From NCBI GenBank assembly GCA_041611735.1, contig JBFIML010000001.1, positions 91,743 to 155,742 on the forward strand: a stretch of DNA of 64,000 bases, given 5' to 3'. The translations under genes and the position numbers were made by a program. This document shows positions 48,173 through 56,867 of the stretch, in pieces; the stretch's first letter is position 1, and each line of letters starts with the position of its first letter. The notes beneath the pieces are model-generated. The model ran no database searches. It was not told the origin of the DNA and worked only from the letters and a program-made list of their open reading frames with translations. The DNA comes from Myxococcota bacterium (GTDB lineage: Bacteria; Myxococcota_A; UBA9160; PR03).

Positions 48173-50143
48173 TCAGCGCGCCTCGGGCAGGGCGAACGCC
48201 ACCAGCGCATCGCCGGGCTCGGACCAGCCGTGCCCGCCGGCCGCCACCACCACGTACTGGCGGCTCTCCGCTCGCAGCCGGTAGGTCGCCGGCGTCGCGT
48301 TGGCCGTGTACGGGAGGCGGTGGCGCCAGATCTCCTCCCCGCTCGCGGCGTCGAAGCCGCGCAGGAACTTGTCCGTGGTGGCGCCCACGAAGACCAGGCC
48401 CCCGGCGGTGGCGATCGAGCCCCCCAGGTTGGGAGAGCCCTTCCTGCCCAGGATCCACCAGATGGGAAACGGCGCCTGGTCCCGGGTCGTGCCGAGGGTC
48501 GATTCCCACACCACGCGGCCGGCGGCGAGGTCCACCGCCGTGAGGGTTCCCCAGGGCGGCGGGTTGCAGGGCGCGCCGAAGGGCGAGAGCAGGGGGCCGC
48601 GCCGCAGCCCGTAGGGCGTCCCTGCCATGGGGTAGAGCTCCTCGGGGTAGGTGACGGAGTCCGGATCCAGGCGCTCGAACTCCGCCCGGGGCACGAGCTG
48701 CACCAGCGCCGGCACGCGGCTCTGGTTCACGTAGAGGATGCCTGCCACCGGGTCGATGGCGACGCTCCCCCAGTTGGCTCCCCCCGCGGGCCCCGGGTAC
48801 TGGATCGAGCCCCGGAGCGAGGGCGGCGTGAAGACGCCCTCGGAGCGGAGCGCCGCGATCTTCTCGGCGCAGCGGCGCCGGTCCCAGAAGCTGAAGCCCC
48901 AGGCGTCCTCGGGCCGCAGCTCCGCCGGATGCAGCGGCGGCGGGTGGGTCGGGAAGGGCTGCGTCGGCGACGTGGTCTCCCCGGGCACGTCGCTCTGGGG
49001 GACCGGCCGCTCCTCCACCGGGAAGAGCGGCTCGCCCGTGGTGCGGTCCAGCAGGAAGACGTGGCCCATCTTGGTGGCCTGGGCCAGCGCCGGCACGCGC
49101 CGCCCGTGGAGATCCAGCTCGAAGAGCACCGGCTGGGAGCCCACGTCGTAGTCCCAGAGGTCGTGGTGCACGGTCTGGAAGCGCCAGACCACGCGCCCGC
49201 TGTGCGCGTCGAGGGCCACCACCGAGCTCGCGAAGTGGTCGAGGCCCTGGCGGTTGCCGCCGAAGTAGTCCGGCGCGGCGTTGCCGGTGGGGACGAAGAC
49301 CAGGTTGCGCTCCGGGTCGGCGGACAGGATCGACCACACGTTGGCCGTGCCGAGGGTCCAGCCCGCCGCCGTGGTGCGCGTCCCCGTCCAGCCTGGCGGC
49401 ACCGGGTCGAAGGCCCAGAGCCGCGCTCCGCTGCGGGCGTCGAAGGCGCGCACCACGCCGCTCGGGGCGTCGGCGCGCAGGTTGTCCGCCACCAGCGCAC
49501 CCACCACCACCGCGTTGCCCACCACCAGCGGCGGCGAGGTCGTGTAGTACTCCCAGGGCTCCGCCGCGCCGACGCCCTCCCGGAGCGCCACGCGTCCCTG
49601 CTCCCCGAACCCGGGGCAGGGCCGGCCGGTGGCCGCATCGAGGGCGATCAGCTCCGCGTCGATCGTCCCGGTGAAGATCCTGCGGGTGCAGGTGCCGTCG
49701 CCGGCCACCCCCGGGCTGCGCCAGTAGGCGACCCCGCGGCAGGTGAGCGGATAGGGGCCCTTCAGGCGCCGGTTGCGCAGCTCCGGGTCGAAGCTCCAGC
49801 GCTCCGCTCCGGTCTCCGGGTCCAGGGCGATCACGCGGTTCAGCCCGGTACAGAAGTACAGCGTCCCGTCCACCACGATCGGCGTGGCGTTGAAGGAGGT
49901 GCGTGTGGTGGCGCCGCTCCCGTCCGAGATGTCGCCGTGGCGGTACTCCCAGGCTACCTGGAGGGCGTGCACGTTCTCCCGGCGGATCTGGGTGAGGGGC
50001 GCCCAGCGCAGCCCGCCGGCGTCGCCGCCGTGGACGGGCCAGTCGGCGATGGGGCCGGAGAGGTCCAAAGGCGGCGGCGCTCCACAGGCCAGACCGAGAG
50101 CCAGGCTCGCCGCGCCGAGGGCGCGCGCCAGGGGAGCGCTCAC
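48173..50143 (-). CDS. PQQ-dependent dehydrogenase (glucose/quinate family), lipoprotein without the N-terminal TM domain
   Basis: GLAC lipobox, TCRGVAYW, HHDLWDYD, GGANWG, PCNPPPWG, ATPATY; GTG overlaps the upstream stop. Confidence 0.88.
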   Translation of the reverse strand: MSAPLARALGAASLALGLACGAPPPLDLSGPIADWPVHGGDAGGLRWAPLTQIRRENVHALQVAWEYRHGDISDGSGATTRTSFNATPIVVDGTLYFCTGLNRVIALDPETGAERWSFDPELRNRRLKGPYPLTCRGVAYWRSPGVAGDGTCTRRIFTGTIDAELIALDAATGRPCPGFGEQGRVALREGVGAAEPWEYYTTSPPLVVGNAVVVGALVADNLRADAPSGVVRAFDARSGARLWAFDPVPPGWTGTRTTAAGWTLGTANVWSILSADPERNLVFVPTGNAAPDYFGGNRQGLDHFASSVVALDAHSGRVVWRFQTVHHDLWDYDVGSQPVLFELDLHGRRVPALAQATKMGHVFLLDRTTGEPLFPVEERPVPQSDVPGETTSPTQPFPTHPPPLHPAELRPEDAWGFSFWDRRRCAEKIAALRSEGVFTPPSLRGSIQYPGPAGGANWGSVAIDPVAGILYVNQSRVPALVQLVPRAEFERLDPDSVTYPEELYPMAGTPYGLRRGPLLSPFGAPCNPPPWGTLTAVDLAAGRVVWESTLGTTRDQAPFPIWWILGRKGSPNLGGSIATAGGLVFVGATTDKFLRGFDAASGEEIWRHRLPYTANATPATYRLRAESRQYVVVAAGGHGWSEPGDALVAFALPEAR

Positions 50144-50595
50144 TCGGGGTACGTGAGGCGCAGGCCCGGCACGTCCCGACGCGACTGCACCTCCTCGAAG
50201 GTGCGCTGGTAGCCCGTGTGCCGGATCTTCCAGGAGCCGTCCAGCTTCACGTACTCGTCGTGGTAGAAGCCGGCGCCGCGCAGTGTGATGCCGTGCTCCG
50301 TATCGATCACCGTGTCCTCCAGCGCCCACACGCCGGTGGCGGTGGTGGCGCTGGTGAAGTCGATCTCCGGGTGGTGCACGCGGTGGCTCGAGAGGAAGCC
50401 GGGCCGGTCCATGGCGCCCACCAGGAACTTCAGGATCGCGTCGCGTCCCGCGTAGGCGTACTTGCCGCCCGCGTAGGCGGAGGTGGCTTCGGCGGTGAAG
50501 CAGTCCTCGAGCTCCGGCCAGCGCTTCTCGTCGAGGCAGCGCAGGTAGCGGTACTTGAGGCGCTTGATGGCTTCGAGCTCCTGGAGGTCGGTCAC
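50140..50595 (-). CDS. NTF2/SnoaL_4 protein, BaiE (bile-acid 7-alpha-dehydratase)-like
   Basis: IKRLKYRYLRCLD, SSHRVHHPEI, ATGVWALED, GFYHDEY. Confidence 0.8.
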   Translation of the reverse strand: MTDLQELEAIKRLKYRYLRCLDEKRWPELEDCFTAEATSAYAGGKYAYAGRDAILKFLVGAMDRPGFLSSHRVHHPEIDFTSATTATGVWALEDTVIDTEHGITLRGAGFYHDEYVKLDGSWKIRHTGYQRTFEEVQSRRDVPGLRLTYPE

Positions 50596-50768
50596 GATCG
50601 GCTCCCATCGTCGTCTCGAGGGGGGGCGATCAGCATATCGCTCCCGGGCTCGCTTCCCGATGGGAACGCCTTTTCCTCTTCCGGGAAAGAACTTTCTCCG
50701 TGCGGCCCGCCTCCGGACCCCCGGTCCTCCAACCCCGCAGGATTCCTACTCCCCGCTCCGTAGGGTCC

Positions 50769-50783
50769 CGGCATCGTTCTTGC
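50769..50783 (+). promoter_or_regulatory. Sigma-54 (-24/-12) promoter of the PEP-CTERM pair
   Basis: CGGCATCGTTCTTGC = GG-N10-GC with TTGC, 34 nt before the proposed start. Confidence 0.7.
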
Positions 50784-50816
50784 CTACAAGGTGGGCGAGG
50801 GCACGGACGCGAAGAC

Positions 50817-51620
50817 GTGGGCCGGCGAAGGCGGGCAGTGCTGCTGGGCCTGGGGCTGCTGCTGGTGGCTCCCCCCGCCGGCGCGGCCACCTTGGCCTTC
50901 ACGGGGACGCTGGGCCTGCGCATCGGCATCCTGCCTGCGGCCTCGCTTGTGGGCGCGGGCGTGGCCCAAGTGAGCGACGACGGCAGCCTGCACCTGCTCT
51001 CCCTGTCGCTTCCCGGTGGCAGCTTCGGACCGGTCAGCACTTCCATCCCCTTGACGGCCGCAGAGGCGCAGTCGCTGCGCTTCACGGGCATCCAGAATCT
51101 GGGCGGTGTCTTCAGCAACGTCTCCGGAGGACCGCCGGGAGGCGGCGTGATGCCCCTGCAGGGCATGGCTCGCATCTGCCTGCCCTTCGATTTCAGCTGT
51201 CAGAGCATCGCTTTGATCCTTCCCTTGACCGCCACGGGGACGCCGCTACGCGGCTTCGGCGTGGGAGGCACCCAGAACGCGCCGGGCGCCGTCTCCTTCA
51301 CCCTCCAGCACGCCCCGTGGACCGTGGGACAGCCCCTCCTGAGCATCCACAACCCGGCGACCACGATCACGACCCCGATGCTGCCCGGCGGCTTCGCCCA
51401 CGGGCCGGCTTCGGGCACCTCGAGCACGGCCCAGGCGTCCGGCGCGCTCCAGCTGGTGACGGTGACGAGGGTGTTCACGAGCCTGACGGGCGCTTTTCCG
51501 GAGCTGTCCCTCACGGGCGTCCTGATGCTCCACTTCGTCCCCGAGCCGGGGACGCTCCTGCTGCTCGGCTCGGCGGCCGCTGCCTTCGCCCTCGCCGGCC
51601 GGCGGCGAAGGAGACCCTGA
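50817..51620 (+). CDS. PEP-CTERM surface protein 1
   Basis: Signal peptide; C-terminal VPEPGT + TM + RRRRRP; start is GTG 50817 or 50838. Confidence 0.87.
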   Translation: MGRRRRAVLLGLGLLLVAPPAGAATLAFTGTLGLRIGILPAASLVGAGVAQVSDDGSLHLLSLSLPGGSFGPVSTSIPLTAAEAQSLRFTGIQNLGGVFSNVSGGPPGGGVMPLQGMARICLPFDFSCQSIALILPLTATGTPLRGFGVGGTQNAPGAVSFTLQHAPWTVGQPLLSIHNPATTITTPMLPGGFAHGPASGTSSTAQASGALQLVTVTRVFTSLTGAFPELSLTGVLMLHFVPEPGTLLLLGSAAAAFALAGRRRRRP

Positions 51621-51621
51621 G

Positions 51622-52446
51622 ATGAGGTCTCGGATCGCTCTCGCACTCGTCTTCGCGCTGCTGTTCGTCGCGGGTCCGGCCCGCGCAGCCACGCTCGCCT
51701 TCACGGGGACGCTCACGCTCAAGCTGGGCGGACTTCCCACGATCGCGATCGCTGGCGCGGGCGCCGCCCAGGTGATCGACGACGGGGGCCTGCACCTGCT
51801 CTCCATGGCGCTTCCCGGCCGCACCTTTGGACCGTTCAGCACCTCCATCCCCTTGACGGCCGCCATCTCGACCCAGTCGGTTCGCTTCACCGGGATCCAG
51901 AACCTGGCGGGAAGCTTCGCGAACCTCTCCGGCGGGCCGCCGGGAGGCGGCGCCATGGGCCTCTCCGGGGGCGCCCGCCTCTGCTTCTTCTTCGATACCA
52001 GCTGTCAGGTCGTATTCGCCCCGATCCTGGTGGGAGCCACCCCCAGCGGCAACGTGGGCCTGGGCATCGGGGGCACCCAGAACGTCGGGGCTGCGTTCGC
52101 GCTGACCCTCCAGCACGCGCCGTGGACGATCGGGCAGCCGCTGCTGAACATCCACAATGGGATGTCGACGGTCTCGACCCCGATGCTCCCCGGCGGCTTC
52201 GCCCACGGTCCGGCGTCGGGCACGTCGAGCACGGCCCAGCCCTCGGGCGCCCTCCAGCTCGTGACCGTGACGAGGGTCTTCACGAGCCTGACGGCCTCGC
52301 AGCCGGAGCTTCCGTACGTCGGCGTCCTCACGCTCCACTTCGTCCCGGAGCCGGGCTCGCTTCTGCTGCTCGGATCGGGCGGCACCGTTCTGGTGCTGGC
52401 CGGGCGCCGGCGCGCCCGCAACGGCCGGATGAGAAATCCGGGCTAG
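51622..52446 (+). CDS. PEP-CTERM surface protein 2 (tandem paralog)
   Basis: Signal peptide ending ARA; VPEPGS + TM + RRRAR; aligns along its whole length with protein 1. Confidence 0.9.
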   Translation: MRSRIALALVFALLFVAGPARAATLAFTGTLTLKLGGLPTIAIAGAGAAQVIDDGGLHLLSMALPGRTFGPFSTSIPLTAAISTQSVRFTGIQNLAGSFANLSGGPPGGGAMGLSGGARLCFFFDTSCQVVFAPILVGATPSGNVGLGIGGTQNVGAAFALTLQHAPWTIGQPLLNIHNGMSTVSTPMLPGGFAHGPASGTSSTAQPSGALQLVTVTRVFTSLTASQPELPYVGVLTLHFVPEPGSLLLLGSGGTVLVLAGRRRARNGRMRNPG

Positions 52447-53627
52447 GGCGCGGCCGAGAGGATCTCGAAGATCTCGCCGTCCAGGTCCATCACGTAGAGC
52501 TGGCGCAGGCCGCCGGTGCCGAAGCCGCTGATCAGATCGATGGAGCCCACGTCGGGCACGAGCTCGGCGGTGCGGTTGCGGAGCTCGGCGACCGTGACGC
52601 CCGAGGGTCCGGCGGCCAGCACCACCGACCAGATCTCCCCGGTACAGAAGTCGCCGAAGAAGTGCCGGCCCCAGATCTCCCAGATCGTCCCGTAATAGGT
52701 GGGCCCGTCCACGATGGCGCAGCGCCCGAAGGAGTGGTCGTACTCGTGGACCGGGTCCACGAGCGTGCCGTCGTCGCAGTTCTGGGCCGGGTTGAAGCAC
52801 GCCGTGCCTTCCTTGCGCCGCCAGCCGTAGTTGCTGCCGGCCGAGCCGGCCAGGAGCTCTGCGTCGAGCTCCTCCAGGGCGGCCTGGCCCACGTCGCCGA
52901 TCACGAGCATCCCCCCGAAGAAGGGATCCAGGAAGAAGCGATAGGGGTTGCGCAGACCCGAGGCCCAGATCTCGTCGCGGACCCCGTCGGTCGGGGAAGC
53001 GAAGGGATTGCCCGGCGGGATCCGGTAGCCGCTCCCGGGGCCGCCGCTCACGTCGATGCGCAGCATCTTGCCGAGCAAGGTGGTGGGATCCTGGGCGCGG
53101 TTGCCCGGGTCGCCGGCGTCCCCGCCGTCGCCCATCCCGATGTAGAGCATCTCGTCGGGTCCGAAGGCCAGGTGGCCGCCGTTGTGGTTGCTGAATGGCT
53201 GGTCGATGGTGAGCAGGATCTCCTCGCTCTGGGGTAGAGCGAAGTCCGGGATGGCGCTCACCCGGTAGCGGGCGATCACCGTGTCGCCCGAGAGGTTGGT
53301 GTAGTTGACGTAGAAGAGGCCGCTGGCGGCGTAGTCCGGCGCGAAGGCCAGTCCCAGGAGTCCCTGCTCGCCGCTCCCGTTCGTCCTGGCGGAGAGGTCC
53401 AGGAAGGGGAGGACGCCTGGGTTGCCGTCGGCATCGAGCACCTGGATCGTTCCGCGCCGCTCGACCACGAAGAGACGCGGATCGCCCTCGGGCGCCGTCA
53501 CGTGGACGGGCGCCGAGAGGCCCGCGGCCACCCGCACGGCGCGGATCGGCTGGGGGCCGGGGCAGACGATTCCGGTGCCGAGCACGAGGCTCAGGCCCGC
53601 GACGACCAGCAGGACGGGGGTACGCAT
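52443..53627 (-). CDS. PQQ-dependent sugar dehydrogenase (GSDH/Asd-like beta-propeller), secreted
   Basis: EQGLLGLAF, NHNGGHLAFGPD, GDGG, LLGKMLRID, IPPGNPF, GLRNPYR, NYGW. Confidence 0.87.
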   Translation of the reverse strand: MRTPVLLVVAGLSLVLGTGIVCPGPQPIRAVRVAAGLSAPVHVTAPEGDPRLFVVERRGTIQVLDADGNPGVLPFLDLSARTNGSGEQGLLGLAFAPDYAASGLFYVNYTNLSGDTVIARYRVSAIPDFALPQSEEILLTIDQPFSNHNGGHLAFGPDEMLYIGMGDGGDAGDPGNRAQDPTTLLGKMLRIDVSGGPGSGYRIPPGNPFASPTDGVRDEIWASGLRNPYRFFLDPFFGGMLVIGDVGQAALEELDAELLAGSAGSNYGWRRKEGTACFNPAQNCDDGTLVDPVHEYDHSFGRCAIVDGPTYYGTIWEIWGRHFFGDFCTGEIWSVVLAAGPSGVTVAELRNRTAELVPDVGSIDLISGFGTGGLRQLYVMDLDGEIFEILSAAP

Positions 53628-53643
53628 CGATCTCCTTTCCGCC

Positions 53644-55149
53644 TCAGGGGGAGAAGCGCTTCCGCAGCTCCTGCTTGAGGACCTTGCCGGTGGCGTTGCG
53701 GGGCAGCGACGCCACCCGTTCGAGCTGCTCGGGGAGCTTCTGGGGCGCGAGCCCCTGCGCCTTCAGGAAGGCCTGCATCTCCTGGAAGCCGAAGCGCGGG
53801 CCGTCGTGGCAGACCACCACCGCGCAGGCGCGCTCGCCGCGCTCGGCGTCCGGCAGCCCGACCACGGCCGCCTCCACCACCTTCGGGTGCCGGTGCAGCA
53901 GGTCCTCGATCTCCTTGGCGGAGAGGTTCTCGCCCTTGCGGATGATCACGTCCTTGGCGCGGCCGGTGACGATCAGATGCCCGTCGGCGTCGAGCCGGCC
54001 CAGGTCGCCGCTCCGGAACCAGCCGTCGGCGGTGAAGGCCTCGCGGTTGCGGCGCTCGTCCAGGTAGCCGCAGCAGAGCTGGGGGCCGCGCAGCAGGATC
54101 TCCCCCCCGGGCTCGATGCGCAGCTCCATGCCCGGGGTGGGGCGCCCCTCGGTGTGAGCGAGCTTCGCGTCGCGGTCGTCCACGCATCCCATGGTAGCGA
54201 TCGGGCACTCGGTGAGGCCGTAGCCCGAGACGACGCCGACCCCGCCGATCTCCCGACGGAGCGCGGCGTGGAGCTCCGGGGGCTTCGGGGCGCCGCCGCC
54301 GGGGAAGGCGCGCACCCGCGGGAAGATGGGCGGCCCGCCGCGCGCGCGCTGGGCGGCCAGGTAGGCCTGGTGGAAGACGGTGCCGGCGGTGGCCTGGGTG
54401 ACGCCGTGGCGGGCCAGGACCTCCACGCTGCGCTGCGGGTCGAACTGCTCCACCAGGACGTGAGCGCAGCCTGCCAGGAGGCAGGCGAAGAGCCACACCA
54501 CGCCGCCCACGTGGGTGAGCGGGAAGACCAGCGCCACGCGGTCGTCGCTCCGGAGTGCCAGGGCGGAGGCCAGGGCGGAGGCGGCCGCGGCGAGGGAGGC
54601 GTCGGTGTGGAGGGCGCCCTTCGGCTCGGCGCTGGTGCCGGAGGTGTAGAAGATCCAGCGCACCGGGGAGACGTTGCTGGCGGGAGGGAGCCCGGACCCC
54701 GGCGCGTCGGCCTCCGGGAGTGCCCCCTCCAGGGCGAGCACCTCGGTGCCGTCGACCCTGGCGGTGAGCTGGCGGGCCATGGCCGCGTAGTCGAAGCCGC
54801 GCCAGACGCCCGGCACCACCAGCAGGCGCGGGCGCACCTCGTCCAGGACGAAGCCCGTCTCCCGCTCCCGGTAGATGGGCAGGATCGGGTTCTGCACCCC
54901 GTCGAGGCGCGCCAGGGCGCCCATCAGGACCAGCGTCTCGAGCCGGGTGGGAAGCATCCACGAGACGCGGTCGCCCGGGCGCAGGCCGCGGGCCGCCAGG
55001 GCCCAGGCGGCGCGCAGGGCGGCGTCGCGGTAGCCCGCGAAGGAGAGCGTACGGTCGCGCTCGTCCACGGCGAAGAGCGCGTCGGGCGTCGCCGTCGCCC
55101 GCTGCTCGACCAGCGCCCAAAGGGGACTTCGGGGACGCTCTCGACTCAT
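53644..55149 (-). CDS. AMP-dependent acyl-CoA ligase (cyclohexanecarboxylate-CoA ligase-like)
   Basis: YTSGTSAEPKG, GYGLTE, WFRSGDLG, KDVIIRKGEN, GKVLK. Confidence 0.85.
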   Translation of the reverse strand: MSRERPRSPLWALVEQRATATPDALFAVDERDRTLSFAGYRDAALRAAWALAARGLRPGDRVSWMLPTRLETLVLMGALARLDGVQNPILPIYRERETGFVLDEVRPRLLVVPGVWRGFDYAAMARQLTARVDGTEVLALEGALPEADAPGSGLPPASNVSPVRWIFYTSGTSAEPKGALHTDASLAAAASALASALALRSDDRVALVFPLTHVGGVVWLFACLLAGCAHVLVEQFDPQRSVEVLARHGVTQATAGTVFHQAYLAAQRARGGPPIFPRVRAFPGGGAPKPPELHAALRREIGGVGVVSGYGLTECPIATMGCVDDRDAKLAHTEGRPTPGMELRIEPGGEILLRGPQLCCGYLDERRNREAFTADGWFRSGDLGRLDADGHLIVTGRAKDVIIRKGENLSAKEIEDLLHRHPKVVEAAVVGLPDAERGERACAVVVCHDGPRFGFQEMQAFLKAQGLAPQKLPEQLERVASLPRNATGKVLKQELRKRFSP

Positions 55150-55190
55150 TGACTCTTTCATCCCGAGGATTGGATGTCGCAGTCAACCAG

Positions 55191-56768
55191 TCAAGAGCGT
55201 CCCGCTCGAAGCAGATACTTCATGACTTTGCCGGCGGCGTTGGTGGGGAGCGAGTCGACGATCTCGACGCGGCGCGGGACCTTGTAGTTGGCCATGTGCT
55301 CCCGGCACCACGCGACGACGCTCTCGGGCCTGAGCTCGGCACCCGGCGCCGGCACGACGTACGCCACGCCGACCTCCCCGAGCCGCTCGTCCGGGACCCC
55401 CACCACCGCCACCTGGGCAATGCCCCCGTGGCCGTACATCAGGTTCTCCACCTCCGCCGGGTAGCAGTTGAAGCCGCCCACGATGAACAGGTCCTTGATG
55501 CGGTCGGTGATGCGCAGGTAGCCACGCGCGTCCATGACGGCCACGTCGCCGGTGTGGAGCCAGCCCTCCCCGTCGATCGTCTCGTGGGTGGCGGCCGGGT
55601 CCTCGAAGTAGCCGCGCATCACGTTGTAGCCGCGCACCACCACCTCGCCGGGCTGGCCTCGCGGCACCTCCTTGCCCTCGGGATCGACGCAGCGCACCTC
55701 CACCCCCGGGATCGCGCGCCCCGAAGTCGTGGCGATCGTCTCCGGGTCGTCGTCGTGCCGGCACATGCTGACGATGCCGCAGCACTCGGTGAGCCCGTAG
55801 CCGGTGACGATGGTCTCGAAGCCGAGCTCCGAGCCCATGCGCCGGATCAGCTCCACGGGGATGGCGGCCGCCCCGGTCACCGCCAGGCGCAGGTGGGAGA
55901 GGTCGTACTTCGCCCGGTCCGGATGAGCGAGGATCGACTGGTACAGGGTCGGCGGGCCGGGCAGCACCGAGACCCGCTCGCGTCCGACGCGCGCCAGAAC
56001 CGCCGGCACGTCGAAGACCGCGTGGGGGAGCACCGTGGCCCCGCGCATCAAGGACGCCAGCCAGCCCGCCTTGTAGCCGAAGGCGTGGAAGAAGGGGTTC
56101 ACCACCAGGTAGCGATCGCCCTCGCGCAGGCCCACCACCTCGCTCCAGGTGGCAAAGGCGCGCAGGTTCTGGGCGTGGGTGGTCATGACGCCCTTCGGCT
56201 TGCCGGTGGTGCCGGAGGTGAAGAGGAGGTCCGAGAGGTCGTCGGGTGCCACGCCGAGGGCGCGCGCGCGGGCCTTCGCCTCGGGGACCGCCTCGCCCCG
56301 GGCCAGGAAGGCCGTCCACGCCTCGGCGCCCGCGGCCTCCCCGCCGAGGGTCACCATGCGCTCGAGGTGCGGGAGCTCCTCGCCGTCCAGGAGCCGCACG
56401 TAGGCCGTGCCCAGGAACTCGCCCACGGTGCAGAGCACGCGCGCGCGGCTGCGGCGCAGGATCCAGGCCGCCTCGGCGCCCTTGAAGCGCGTGTTCAAGG
56501 GGACGAGCACCGCACCGGCGGACTGGAGCCCCAGGGCGGCCACGATCCACTCGGCCCCGTTGGGCGCCCAGATCGCCACGCGGTCGCCGGACTCGACCCC
56601 CGCGGCCAGGAAGGCGCGCGCTGCACTCAGGCCCGCCGCCGCCAGCTCCGCGAAGGAGAGCCGGCGCTCGCCGTCCTCCACCGCCAGCGCCGAGCCGAAG
56701 CGTTTGGCCGATGCGAGGGCGAGGCGCGGGATCGTCGTCTCGCTGGGAGCCGCCGGCGCTTCTTGCAT
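55191..56768 (-). CDS. fadD3: FadD3-like acyl-CoA ligase (HIP-CoA synthetase candidate)
   Basis: [45 protein letters not shown]; divergent from ipdE1/ipdF-like genes. Confidence 0.75.
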   Translation of the reverse strand: MQEAPAAPSETTIPRLALASAKRFGSALAVEDGERRLSFAELAAAGLSAARAFLAAGVESGDRVAIWAPNGAEWIVAALGLQSAGAVLVPLNTRFKGAEAAWILRRSRARVLCTVGEFLGTAYVRLLDGEELPHLERMVTLGGEAAGAEAWTAFLARGEAVPEAKARARALGVAPDDLSDLLFTSGTTGKPKGVMTTHAQNLRAFATWSEVVGLREGDRYLVVNPFFHAFGYKAGWLASLMRGATVLPHAVFDVPAVLARVGRERVSVLPGPPTLYQSILAHPDRAKYDLSHLRLAVTGAAAIPVELIRRMGSELGFETIVTGYGLTECCGIVSMCRHDDDPETIATTSGRAIPGVEVRCVDPEGKEVPRGQPGEVVVRGYNVMRGYFEDPAATHETIDGEGWLHTGDVAVMDARGYLRITDRIKDLFIVGGFNCYPAEVENLMYGHGGIAQVAVVGVPDERLGEVGVAYVVPAPGAELRPESVVAWCREHMANYKVPRRVEIVDSLPTNAAGKVMKYLLRAGRS

Positions 56769-56790
56769 ACGGATCGTATCGTATCGTAAT
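56769..56790. promoter_or_regulatory. Putative TetR operator, copy 2, abutting the fadD3 start codon
   Basis: acggatcgtatcgtatcgtaat; 20/22 identical to 47019-47040. Confidence 0.7.
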
Positions 56791-56867
56791 ATGCGCGACG
56801 GCGGCCAGCCGATGCGCGACGCCGCCGACGCTCCGATCCCAGGAACCCGACGGCGGTTGCCTCCCCG

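Noticed and set aside
46859-50212. 1117-aa plus-strand ORF
   Set aside because: Antisense to the PQQ dehydrogenase and TRL genes and out of frame with tetR; no motifs
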